From NCBI GenBank assembly GCA_030141605.1, contig JAQGDQ010000411.1, positions 124,001 to 188,000 on the forward strand: DNA of 64,000 bases. Direction: 5' to 3'. Below are positions 52,018-64,000 of this stretch, piece after piece. Origin of the DNA: Tubiluchus corallicola. Lineage: Eukaryota > Animalia > Priapulida. The position numbers and the translations under genes were made by a program. The notes beneath the pieces were generated by a model. The model saw only the letters and a list, made by a program, of their open reading frames with translations. It did not search any database and was not told the origin of the DNA. Every line of letters begins with the position of its first letter. Position 1 is the first letter of the stretch.

Positions 52018-52640
52018 CAGTGGCGCAGTAAGTACTTGTGGTGCCCAGGGGCAAAAAGACTTCTGGCGCCCCACCCTTTTAACATTTTGATCGTTTGCTT
52101 CGTGGGTGAAGCCACGTTTTTTGCTTCCTGAGAGGCTGAGCCCCACCTTCCTTTTTCGACATGATGGGATAAAGTTGAACGAATTTTTTTCTAAGAATCA
52201 CCCTGAGTTTGATTTGCGGTACTACACTAGAATAACTCTTTTCTGCTCACTGGTTTAGGAAAGTTGCTGATAACAAGACAGTCGTTAAAAATTCAGCCCC
52301 AGCATTAAAACGTGGAAAGATTATTAAAAATACAGAACACTACAGGTTCTCACAATAATACAATCGGAATATTGCCACTGTTTCCTTAAAAAATATCGAT
52401 ATGCTAAGCCACACTTCACCCACACACCCCATTAAATAAAAACATTAGCCTTTTTTCTAGGCTGGTCGTAGTAATTAATTAACTACGACAATCTCTAAGT
52501 AAATGATTATGGTATACGTAGTTTTAAAAATTTTGTTAACAGCTAATGTCGGATCAGTAACTAAAAATTAGCAGTCATTAATCTCTAGAAGAATTTTGCG
52601 CCCTCTCACACTCGCACCCGATTGCCCCCCCCCCCCCTGC
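52018..52640 (+). mobile_element. Diverged hAT-like MITE (family C)
   Basis: Collinear similarity to 44523-45128. Confidence 0.7.
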
Positions 52641-53653
52641 TCTGGATATATTTTTCATGAAGGTGATAGGAGACGGGAAAAAGATGGTCAACATTCCTTT
52701 AAGACATTCTCTAACAATTACAATTACATACTTTGCCTAAACAAACTTTTACATTACGTGTATGCCTACGAAAGGTGCAGGAAAAAACTATTTTGAGCAC
52801 TTTGCCTGGTTTGTTCCATAAAATGCTTGCGCATTCTGTAGAGCGCTCACGTTTCACAATTGTCATGGAAAAACAAATTTTTGTTAAAAGTTTCAACGAT
52901 TTGCAAGAGATGGCGCAACGATTCAACTCTTGGTCCTGATCCAATCTGCATTATGCGAAAAGTTAAAAAGCTGAAGGCCCAATTGTAGCACTATTGTTCT
53001 AATACTAAATCATAATTAGGGATTTTTCATACTGTTCACTATGCACACACAGTGATATTATTCTCAGTGCAAACCAGTGAAATATAATCATGATTTTCAA
53101 CAAAGAACAGAAACAAAACAAATTACTACACAGAAATATTTTTTTTATTTTTGCATATATATATATGCAATTAAAAGTACTAAATACAAAGAAATGCTAC
53201 GTATTTTCATAATATTTATAGTAAAATTTACACTTCAAGAATATCACATATCGGTACATATTTAAATAAGAAAGGTCACACTGTAAAATTTTATAAGTAA
53301 ATCGGTTTTCATACAGACACACTAAATTTAAATATATATAAATCAGTACATAGGAATAATTATGATTTGGCTGCTCAAAAAAATATTTAGTCCCTAAAAT
53401 TGCATACAAGCTGACCTATTCGCTTACCCTTCATTAAAATCACTAAAAACAATCATTAATAGACAAGAGGCCAGTAGATCAACGTGTTTAGTATGTTTAA
53501 TATATTTATGTTACATACTTGCAATTCATCTATATTCACAAAAGTAATAGAATAAAATGTTTTCGTCGGCAGTTATTTTATTATATGATTATTAGCAACC
53601 ATGCGTTCACTGCTAACTATTACAAAACAAAACAGGATTAAAAACGAAGAAAA

Positions 53654-53699
<46 letters not shown>

Positions 53700-54498
53700 T
53701 TCCTTTGTTTGCGATAATAATCTTTAATTGCCATAAAAAAATCGATATTCATAACTATCAAAGCATAAAAGAACATCGCAGCATGAGAATAAAATTCACA
53801 CAACTGTTAAAGGCAAATGCGTCCAGTGCAAACTAAAAACTACTGTGCCAAAAATTTAAAACAAAATATACATTATAATATTATACAGAAATTATAATAG
53901 ACTATATACAATATATACATATATTGATGCGTACCCAGTATAATACACCTGAATACCTTTCCTATGTCGTAAAGTTCCTTTACTTTATCCCAATCTCTAA
54001 TTCTGGCCCAAAAATGAAATGAGTCACAACAACTGCCAAAAAAATTGCACACACTTAAATGCAAGATTAAATATTTTATTGCACATGCGCATAAGGGCTG
54101 CCTTAATTAGCAAGCTTAGTTTAGAGAAACAATTTTTGTGAGAATGCTAGCTGGATTATAGAGCTAGGCTTACGTTAAATACATAAAAAAGCAGAATCTT
54201 CATGCTTCTGATTGATTCTCTTTGATTTTGTTGTTATAATAGCACTAGCCTGGATTTCAACCTTTTTCCAGATAATCAGTCTACTTTAGGAAATCATTAA
54301 GCTGTTTGAGGAAAAATGCTCTACCATTAGCCCATGTTGTTTTTCTCATTAGCATAGTCCCAGATCTATTCTGGCCAAATGTGCTGAAGCTTTGAGAGTT
54401 CAAAAGCTTACAATTATATTATGTAAATACAACTAATGCATGGTAGGATTTGTCGTGTACTCTTAACTTAACGTATCTTAACTACACCCTTGCTCTGT

Positions 54499-54951
54499 GT
54501 GAAAGCTTATCGAATTTTAATAAAAACTATCACTGTCAGATTCAGCTTTCGAACTAGATTTCAACAGGATGTTGGTCGTTAAAACTCAATCAAACCAACC
54601 AAAAATAAAGTTGATTTTTTGGTTCGTCTTATTCACAGGATTTACCAGGAGGGCAAATTTACCTACAATGGTTACTATAGCAACCGGAAGCATAATAACG
54701 CAAAAGTTGGGAGTGACGCAACGAACTCTGATTGGTCCTGAGCAACAGCCGAGGGTTCTATGACGTAACTCTACGCGACATTCAATTAGTTTTCATGCGA
54801 GACAAGCAACAAGAAAACTGCGTTTTTTATTTAGTGATATAAAATGATACCACGGCGAATTAATATCATACCGCCACCTGCATAATCTCCTCCAAAGTTC
54901 AAGTACAACGTTAAACCACAAAATGGAGGAGAACATCGTTCTAGGAACGAA
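54499..54951 (+). pseudogene. Promoter plus first exon of a pseudogenised paralogue of the gene at 61097
   Basis: 54499-54840 is nearly identical to 60745-61085; exon 54844-54951 reads MIPRRINIIPPPA*SPPKFKYNVKPQNGGE... with an in-frame TAA and a GTAAGT donor. Confidence 0.6.
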
Positions 54952-55134
54952 GTAAGTTAAATTTTAATATCTTTAATGTGTGTGCAGTTACCAGAAAATT
55001 TCAGCTCATTCAGTGTTACGTTAGTAATGAGAAAAATTATCGCCATTATATGGCTATTACGTCTATTGTAGACATACTATAGAAAAAAGCCTGCCCTCAA
55101 GATAGGTAAACACAGTAGAAATCCAGCAGAAATC

Positions 55135-58100
55135 TGTAGTATCGTCACTGTATAATGTCACATGACCATTACGTCATCTAGTTAGTAAAAAGCATGTCAG
55201 CAAGAGAGTCTTATCTCATATCTACTTAGTTTAGATATTATAATTGGCGACGAGAATGAAATTGAATAAGCTAGATGCCTATCTACATGAAGAACTAGAG
55301 CTTGTCGTGGAATTAGTCTGGATGTCTAAAACCACATTTTCACCGGGCAGTTTTGGGTACAAAGATTGACCTTTTCGCCAGTAAATTTTCACCGCGAATC
55401 ACACACGCTGAACAGTGCAGTTGCCTTTGACGTGACATTGATGTTGCACATTGTCAAGCTTATTGTTTGTACTGTACATGTCATAGCCAAGCCAGTTGCT
55501 GTACTTGTGCAGGCGGTCACAATTTTTTTCTCGATGATCAGAGTAATACGTTTTTAAAAGAATTTGACGCCTTTTTCCTTGTTTTGACATAGAAGGTGAT
55601 CAGTGCTCGCTAGGACCACGATGGGAAAAATACATGCAAAGGTTTGAGAATTATTTAACGGCAAAGGACATTACAGATGACAACAGGAAGAAAGCGCTGT
55701 TACTTCATTTCGCGAGTGAAGCAGTACACGGCGTTTTTCAGGCTCTAGTGAACCCGAATGAAGTTGTGACGTTCTCAACTGCAAAAGAAAAACTCAAGAC
55801 ACATTTTGATCCGGTAAGTAACACTGATGTGGAAATTTTTCATTTTAGAAACATGAAACAAAGCTCTGGTGAAACATTAGACAATTTTGCTAGGCATTTA
55901 AGAATGATGGCTAAACAAACAACATTGTGGTTTCACTGATACGGACAAAGAAATAAAAGCGCAAATTGTGCAACGCTGTACATCTAGCAGAGTACGTCGT
56001 ACAGCGCTTCGTGAGCCGAATATAACTCTGAAAGACATTTAGACTACGGCAGAGCTTTGGAATCGTCAGAAAAACAAGCTAAGGACATGGAAACGTGAAT
56101 GTGAGTACAGTTAAAACTCACACTAAACAGAAAAAGTTTTCAGCGTACAAACGTAAGTGTAAATGCTAAACAGCACCGTGGCAAGAGACAATGCAGAAAC
56201 TGTGGTGGTGGATTCCCACATGATAATGGACGCGAATTGTGCCCAGCTGCAGGCAAAACATGTTATAAGTGTAACCGCAAAAATAACTTTACCAGATACT
56301 GTCGTTCTGCACGAAGTTACAAAATTAATTCTCGAAATAAAGTGCACTCAGTTGATGATTCTACTGCGTCATATAGTTGTCAGACAGCAGGTGACAATAA
56401 AACGTGTTTTATCGCCTGATAGCGAGGATGACTGCGTATATACATTTCAGAAATATGACAAGAAACCTATGACCGACATTTTTGTAAATGGCAACAGAGT
56501 TAAAGTCATGATTGACACGGGTTCAGGCCTAAACATTCTTGATGAATCGGCCTATACTAGCCTAAAGCCTTGTCCATACTTGAGCAAAACCAGTAAACCA
56601 GCACATGGCTATAAATCTATGTCGAGCATAAACTTTAAAGGAAAATTCAGTGCCAGTGTTGAATCAAAACATAAACGTGGATACGCTGAGTTTTATGTTG
56701 CAAAAGGCAATTTTGGTTCCCTGCTAAGAACTGGGTTTAGTGCAAATTCTCAATGCCGTGACAGCACAGTCTAGATTACTAGACACGGGAAGTGTTTCAA
56801 TTGATCTTTCAAAATCAAAGACCAATGTGGAGAAAATTCTTGAGAAATATGCTGACAGGTTTCAAGGCATGGGAAAGCTGAAAGGTTTTATAGCAACATT
56901 ACACGTTGATCCAACAGTAAAGCCAGTTGCTGTACCACACAGACGCGACCCGTGTCATTTACGTAAAAAGATAGCGAAAGAATTACAGCATCTTGAAGAT
57001 GAAGACAATCATAGAAAAAGTAGAAGGGCCAACCCCATCGGTTTCACCGATGATCGCAGTTCCTAAGAAAAAGAAGTCAGACCCTGTTCGTATTTGCGTT
57101 GACATGAGGTTGCCAAATAAAGCTATGCAACGAGAACGACATATCACTCCAACTATTGATGAAATAGTACATGCTGTGAATGGTGCCGCGGTCTACTCTG
57201 AAATAGATATGACTTCAGGTTACAATCAGATAGAGCTAGCTGAAGAAAGTCGATATTTGACAACATTTTCAACACACAAAGGTTTACGACGTTTCAAAAG
57301 ACTGAATTTTGGAACAAACTCATCGGCAGAAATATTCCAAGAAGCCATACGTGAAGTGCTAGCTGGTATTCCTGGTGTTTTAAATGTGAGCGATGACAGG
57401 TGTATATATATATATATATGGAAAACACAAGAAGAACATGACACTCCTTTACGAGCTGTTCTTCAGCGCTTACGAGAAAAGAACTCACACTAAACGATAA
57501 GTGTGAATTTAGCAAACCAAGCATTCAGTTCTTTGCGTACGCGTTTTCAAAGGATGGAGTGTCCCCAGATTCGAAGAAAGTGGAAGCTGTCCATGATGCA
57601 TCTCCACCAAGTAATGTAAGTGAAGCGGGAAGTCTATTAGGCTTGGCAAATTATTGTGTGCATTTCATCCCTGGTTTTGCGACTATCACAAAGCCTCTCC
57701 GTGATCTTACCAAGAAAGATGCTGAATTGTCTTGGAAAACCGAGCATCAACAAGCGCTCAATACACTCACGCAAAGGCTTACTAGTGATAGTGTCATGTC
57801 ATATTTTGATCATCAGGAGAACACAGAAATCTTTGTTAATGCCAGCCCAGTAGGTTTAGCTGCCGTACTTACTCAAAGATCTCAAGATGACCCTAACACC
57901 ATAGATGTTGTTGCATATGCTAGCGGAGCCCTCACCAACACAGAAACTCTGTACTCTCAAATAGAAAAGGAAGGCCTTGCCATTGTATGCGCCTGTGAAC
58001 ATTTTCACATCTACATATAAGGAAGCAAATTCCGTTTAATTACAGACCACAAAGCCCTTGAATACATCCTCAATAACCCAAGATCAAGACCTCCTGCTAG

Positions 58101-60050
58101 AATAGAAAGGTGGGCTCTTTGGCTTCAGCCTTATGACTTTGAAGTTGTACACAAACCTGGAAAGTACAATCCTGCTGACTACATGAGTCGTCATTCATCT
58201 AAAGAGCCTTCTAAGAAATCAGACTTTCGTGCAAGTAGAATTGCAGAGCAGTATGTGAACTTTATTGCCCAACGTGCTGTTCCTAAAGCCATGACTTTGA
58301 CAGAAATCCAAGAATCATCCAAGATGGACACAACTTTGACAGCTGTGATGAGTGCTGTTGTTAGCGGAACATGGCACAACATACCACTGAATGTTTGTAT
58401 GTCTGATTTCAAGTCTTTCGAGAAAGTCAAAGATGAGCTTACTATCTCGACTGATGGAACATTCGTCTTAAGAGGCTCTAGAATAATCAACCCAAAAACT
58501 CTTGAGGAAAGAGCTGTTTCTTTAGCACATGGTCATTTTTGAGTGACCAAGACCAAACAACTGTTGAGAGAGAAAATTTGGTTTCCTGGTATAGACAGAA
58601 TGGTTGCTGAGATGATTGAACACTGTGCTGCCTGTCAATCTAATACAAACTCATCTCATCCTGAACCACTACAGATGTCAGAATTACCAACTAACGTTTG
58701 GTCAAAAGTTAGTGCTGATTTTCATGGTCCTTTACCATCCGGTGATATCTTTTAGTTATCATCGATGAATATAGCCGTTTTCCAATTGTAGAAATTGTGA
58801 AATCTACATCTGCAAACACCATTATTCCTGTGATGGACAAAGTATTCTTTTTGTTTGGTTTTCCAGATGTTCTGAAGACACATGAGACAACAGACACCAT
58901 TTCAAAGTGAGCAGTTTAAGAATTTTGCTAAGCATTCTGGATTCATACATCGAAAAATCATGCCCTATTGGCCCAAAGCCAATGCTGAAGCTGAGAGATT
59001 CAGGAAGGAATATAGGAAAACTACTCAGACGTGCACACATTGAGAACTTGGTTTCGAATCAAGAACTATTTACTTTTCTGAGAAACTATCAAGCTGCTCC
59101 TCATTGCACAACAGGAGTTCCTCCTGCCAAATTATTTTTCAGCAGAGACATCAAGATTAAATTTCCCAGTATTTCCTCTACTCATCAACAGAACCCTGAT
59201 GTCACTATAAAGGACCAAATCTCTAAACAGAAAACGAAACTTTATGCTCATAAGAGAAACCACGCTCAACCGTCAAAATTGCAAGTAGGATACAAAGTTC
59301 TTGTAAAACAGCGAAAGCACAACCAGTTAACATCACCGTACTACAACAAGCCATATGTAGTTGTAAAGGTAAAGGGATCCATGGTTACTGCTACTCAAAA
59401 TGGCCACACTATCACAAGAAATTCTTCATTCTTTAAGCCTACCAAACTACATACGCACATTCCTAATCAGACTTCTGAAGAAGAAGATGATGATGATGAG
59501 TATTTTGACAACAAGTTTAATCCACCTGACAACCGCAGACGCTACCTTCAACGAAATCGATTTGCACCAGCATATTTGCAGGACTTTATTCCTTGAAATT
59601 TTAATTTGTACACTGTATTGATTACCTACTAAATTTACAGTATCTGTATTTAGAATTACTTACAGTTAGTTAAGTTTAGAATGCATTGTCCTGTTTGAAC
59701 AATGCCAGCATTGACCAGATGTTAAGTATCGCATTGAGATTATTTTTAATTTTTAGTGTTTTAGAAGATGAGAACATTAAGTTGAAAACACAGTGCATTT
59801 ATATTAGTTTAAACTATTTTGCATATTTGTATGCTAAGCTGTCTATGGTGAGCATTAAAGAAAACATAAATTCCTTTTCATAGTCTTAAAGTTAGAAATG
59901 GCAGTTGTAAGTTCAAGTAAATGCTTGTTTGAAGATTGAAGCAGTTAAGATTGTTTGCAAATTCCTTATGAAGCATTGTGCATTTTGAATCTGGGTAAGC
60001 AACATAGTGTTCTGAATCTTATCTCATATCTACTTAGTTTAGATATTATA
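55135..60050 (+). mobile_element. Degraded Ty3/Gypsy LTR retrotransposon (Mag-like)
   Basis: AAATC 5-bp TSD (55130-55134, 60051-60055); TGTAGTA...TATTATA ends; 34-bp LTR end repeated (55209-55242, 60017-60050); PBS TGGCGACGAG at 55245, complementary to tRNA-Ser(GCU); order gag-PR-RT-RNaseH-IN. Confidence 0.93.
55574..59596 (+). pseudogene. Disrupted gag-pol of the Gypsy element
   Basis: Zn knuckles CRNC..H...CPA.GKTCYKC; protease MIDTGS; RT VRICVDMR, GYNQI, SDD broken by (TA)n; RNaseH YSQIEKEGLAIV; integrase zinc-finger H...CAAC and ADFHGP; multiple stops and frameshifts. Confidence 0.92.
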
Positions 60051-60744
60051 AAATCTAGATACTGTTGTATCAGTGGCAGAAAGGACAAGTAAAGAGAGTT
60101 CCTAAATAAAAGTTTGAATTCGTCTTGAAATTTTGTATCAGTTACATGCTGTTTTACTCTTTTACATTCAAAACGTGTGAACGTAAATGAAACACATTCA
60201 TTTACATGTTCAAAAACGTTCAATTAACGTTCAAAAAAGTAATCAGAGCAGTCGTATGGCACACTTCCTCAACTAAGCATATCCATAAAATATTTTGTCT
60301 TATCAGCAAAATTAATAATACGTTTTTGGTGAGCCAGTTGTAGTACACAGTTTCACTATTCCACCAGGATAGTGAAACAGTGACGTTTCACCAGTTGGCG
60401 TGAACATTTTAAATTAATAATTTTCTTTTTCAGTCACATTTTGTCTTTTTAACAGGTGAACATAATGCGAAGTACTATAACTCTGAATATACTTTTGTCA
60501 TGGAGCATCAGGGAACGTCTTTTGCATCTCTGGTATCACTGTTTCCATCAGATCTACTGCTCCGATCGCATCATATCAGTAACAATATTTACAATGTATA
60601 GATTAGGCCAGTTCGTGTTAGAAATACTGTTTATGGGATTTGGTGACGTATACGTCCCATTTAATGGCTGAAAAATACCATGAGAGGTGGGAAAAAAAAT
60701 CTGTCAGTGGTTCAATTAATGTGCATAGGTTATATATTAATAGC

Positions 60745-61096
60745 GTGAAAGCTTATCGAATTTTAATAAAACCTATCACTGTCAGATTCAGCTTTCGAAC
60801 TATATTTCAACAGCATTAAGTTCGTTAAAACTCAATCAAACCAACCAAAAATAAAGTTGATTTTTTGTTCGTCTTATTTCACAGGATTTACCAGGAGGGC
60901 AAATTTACCTACAATGGTTACTATAGCAACCGGAAGCACAATAACGCAAAAGTTGGGAGTGATGCTCGAACTCTGATTGGTCCTGAGCAACAGCCGAGGG
61001 TTCTATGACGTCACCCTACGCGACATTCAATTAGTTTTCATGCGACAAGCAAAAGGAAAACTGCATTTGTTATTTAGAGTGATAAAAAAAATCAGA
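60745..61096 (+). promoter_or_regulatory. Putative promoter: X-box-like, ETS, inverted CCAAT and CRE sites
   Basis: GTTACTATAGCAAC (60917-60930), CCGGAAG, CTGATTGG, TGACGTCA (61006-61013) upstream of ATG 61097. Confidence 0.55.
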
Positions 61097-61221
61097 ATGT
61101 TACCGAGAATAAATATTGTTCCACCAGATTTTTATAAACCACCAAAATATAAATACAGTATGCCCCCAGTCTATGGAGGGGGGGGCGAACTTTGTACAGA
61201 TCGAACCAGCTTATTGAAAGA
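61097..61221 (+). CDS. First coding exon of an unidentified gene (MLPRINIVPPDFYKPPKYKYSMPPVYGGGGELCTDRTSLLK)
   Basis: ATG, GTAAGT donor in phase 2, peptide-level conservation with the paralogue at 54844 despite nucleotide divergence. Confidence 0.55.
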
Positions 61222-62465
61222 GTAAGTATGCTTACTAGCCATAATTAACAAGATATTAACAAGTGTTCACAGTTAATAATCTGTTTTGCTGTAGAATTAA
61301 AGTACAATTTGTATTTTAGTGTTAAGCATGTTAGACTCATATTGCTGAAGCTTAGCAAATATACCAGTTTGCAATGTGCTGCTGTCAATACTTGTTTGTT
61401 CCCCATGTGCATTACAGCGAGCTGAGACGGAAAAAATGTACGTAATTAATCATATAAACCACATAAAAGCAATACTAGATTAGAAAATCTGAAAAAGTCT
61501 TTTGCACCTCCACCGGGCTATCCGGGCAATTCTTATAACCACTACACCTCAGAGGTTGCACCATTATTCTGCCGTGCAAAAATAGAGTACTTATAGTTAC
61601 TAGTTTTAGACAATTTTCTCAGTCAAAAAACCACAAAAAATGCGGAACAACACGTGCTAGAAAACGACTCTTGGCACCGTAAGTGCTGCAGTGACAAATA
61701 ACTGTGAACTCTGTGTAAAAACAATGGTAACACATGTACACCACTTACAGTTACTTGCTTTAGACAATTTTCTCAGTCAAAAAACCACAAAAACTGCGGA
61801 ACAACACTTGCTAGACAACGACTCTTGGCAGAAAAACTCCGCAACTTCATGACCTTAAGTTTGGCTGTTTACAAGTTGGTCTGGTACACAAAGTATTAAA
61901 GTATGCCGACTTATTGGTTTTAAATTTAGCGTAGCGCCAAGACAAAAATTAGCTTTATCATATCAGGTGGCTGAAAAACTGAATGTGCCGACGATACGAA
62001 AATAACGAAATCGCTTCAAAATTACCATACTTGGAAACTTTGTGTATTAAGGCCAAAAATCTTACGGCATTTCCTTAAATTTTCCCACAGAATTTTTAAG
62101 AGTCACAAAAGTAAATGCTGGAAAAATTCATATGTCAATATCCTGTGTCCAAAATACCTAGTGCCCAAATAACCTATGTGTCAAAAATGTTTGTGTTGAA
62201 ACTGCTTGTGTCCGAAACCCCTGTAACCGTAAAAACGCATTTCTGAGCAACGTAAGATGAATATAACTATATTGTCCGAAATTGTAGTTACAAGCAAAAG
62301 TTTCAAGTTCATACATTTGAAGAGCAAAAACAGCAAAGTATCCAAATACGATAGACTTGGAAAAACTATTACGTACATTGAATAAGTTGAACATCCATAC
62401 CCGTTTAACTGTTTCATGTTGTTACGGAGGTGCCATTTGCTTCAATAATAATATTATTTCATTAG

Positions 62466-62609
62466 CAGCACCAACAGAGTAAGCAAGAACGTTACGAAGC
62501 TGGAACCCATCGAAGAAAAAAGGAAACTCAGCTCCCTATCTCGATCATGGGAGCACACGCTGAGGAAGGGGACCCTGCCACTCATTCAACTTCGTGACAG
62601 GAGGCCCTG
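62466..62609 (+). CDS. Candidate second exon of the unidentified gene (STNRVSKNVTKLEPIEEKRKLSSLSRSWEHTLRKGTLPLIQLRDRRP)
   Basis: TTTCATTAG acceptor, 144 nt open in phase 2-2, GC-richer than flanks, weak GTATTA donor. Confidence 0.4.
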
Positions 62610-63527
62610 GTATTAAAACTTACACTATTGCTTAATGTGCTTTCTGTATAAATATTTCTCAGTCAAAGATAAACATCAGATAATTATCTAATATACAAAA
62701 ATGACATGTGTAAAAGTTAAAAGCAAAAGAATGTTGCTGCTGTGAATTACAAGCTGTAAATGTTACTGAGGCCAGAAAATTAAACTGAAATAAATCGAGC
62801 TTTTGCTTGTCAAACTCTCACATATTTGTATTACAATTTTAAATAATTATGGGTTCTAGCACAATAAAAATCTGATGTCGACAACAGTTAGTAACTCTTG
62901 CACGGTACTTACAATTAATGAGTAACAATTTCGCCAAAAATTGCTTTGCAGTTTCTTTAAGTCAAATCGGATCCGAATCCTAGTTCGTCTGATATATTAT
63001 TTCAAACGTACTAGAAGCCCACGTCTTTTACGGCTGTATGCAATAACAAGAATTTTGAGGTGCTGATAAACAAAAGCCGATGTAAAATAAATTTAAATAT
63101 CTACTATATTTACTGGCCACTACTCAACAATTGCATTTTACAGGTATAAGCCAATACAAATATTTTTTCGTTTCTGTTCAACAATGGTAAACTTAGTAGC
63201 TAAGTGGACGCTAAAAACTGTGATGAATTTGAGATTTGAACTTCAGACCTTGGGACTAAAACTCGCAAATCAGGCCACATTTTCATCTTCATTTTTTCTA
63301 TTTTAGGCACTGAATAATTTGTGCTGGAGCTGCGGGCCACTACAACTATCGCCCGCCCTCCAGCTCTCCAAGTCTGAATTCATTGCAAAGCTGCTGGATG
63401 CTGTCGCATTCTCAACCAGGATTTTAACGAACCCCCAGGTTCGATCTCTATTTTGTTTTTTTAATTTATTGTCTATAACATTCACTTTGTTGATCGATTT
63501 ACATTCATGCGGCAGAAAGGACAAGAA

Positions 63528-63911
63528 AAGAGAGTCATAAATAAAAGTTTGAATTCGTCTTGAAATTTTGTATCAGTTACATGCTGTTTTACTGTTTTAC
63601 ATTCAAAACGTGTAAACATAAATGAAACACGTTCAAAAACGTTCAATTAACGTTCAAAAAAGTAATCAGAGCAGTCGTAGGGCACACTTCTTCAACTAAG
63701 CATATCCATAAAATATTTTGTCTTATCAACAAAATTAATAATATGTTTTTGGTGAGCCCATTGTAGTACACAGTTTCACTATTCCACCAGGATAGTGAAA
63801 CAGTGACGTTTCACCAGTTGGCGCGAACATTTTAAATTAATAATTTTCTTTTTCAGTCACATTTTGTCTTTTTAACAGGTGAACATAATGCGAAGTACTA
63901 TAACTCTGAAT
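63528..63911 (+). repeat. Near-identical duplicate of ~60078-60488, including an acceptor TTTTTAACAG|GTGAAC
   Basis: ATAAAAGTTTGAATTCGTCTTG...TATAACTCTGAAT occurs at both sites. Confidence 0.88.
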
Positions 63912-64000
63912 GGAAAGTTTTTCGGGACGTACTTTAAATTTCCCTTTTCTTCCCTTTTGATTATTCAGAGGTCTTTTCGTGCTAGAAAGTCAATGTAAAA

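Noticed and set aside
61587-61830. ~90-bp local direct duplication
   Set aside because: Ordinary small intronic duplication with no further structure.

Overview
AT-rich, repeat-dense animal (invertebrate-like) genomic DNA, not prokaryotic. The main feature is a plus-strand, multi-exon voltage-gated calcium channel beta subunit gene (CACNB/Ca-beta; SH3-HOOK-guanylate kinase). Ten phase-consistent core exons run from 26056 to the stop at 43908. There is also a probable 147-nt HOOK cassette exon (34580-34726), candidate alternative first exons (10366-10425, 16981-16992) and a probable ~3 kb 3' UTR. The introns and upstream region hold many tandem arrays (28, 31, 35, 45, 46, 51, 53, 76, 81 and 109 bp units), MITEs and LINE fragments. 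Downstream lie a decayed THAP/P-element-like transposase (minus strand), a decayed Mag-like Ty3/Gypsy element with a 5-bp TSD, and a tandem pair of an unknown gene with RFX/CCAAT/CRE promoters. The most unusual signal is that several arrays are built from splice signals on the sense strand. The clearest case is a 17-copy 76-bp array amplifying the 3' end and donor of a coding exon, which may create 15-nt in-frame microexons. Everything was read by eye with no database searches; family names and functional ideas are inferences.
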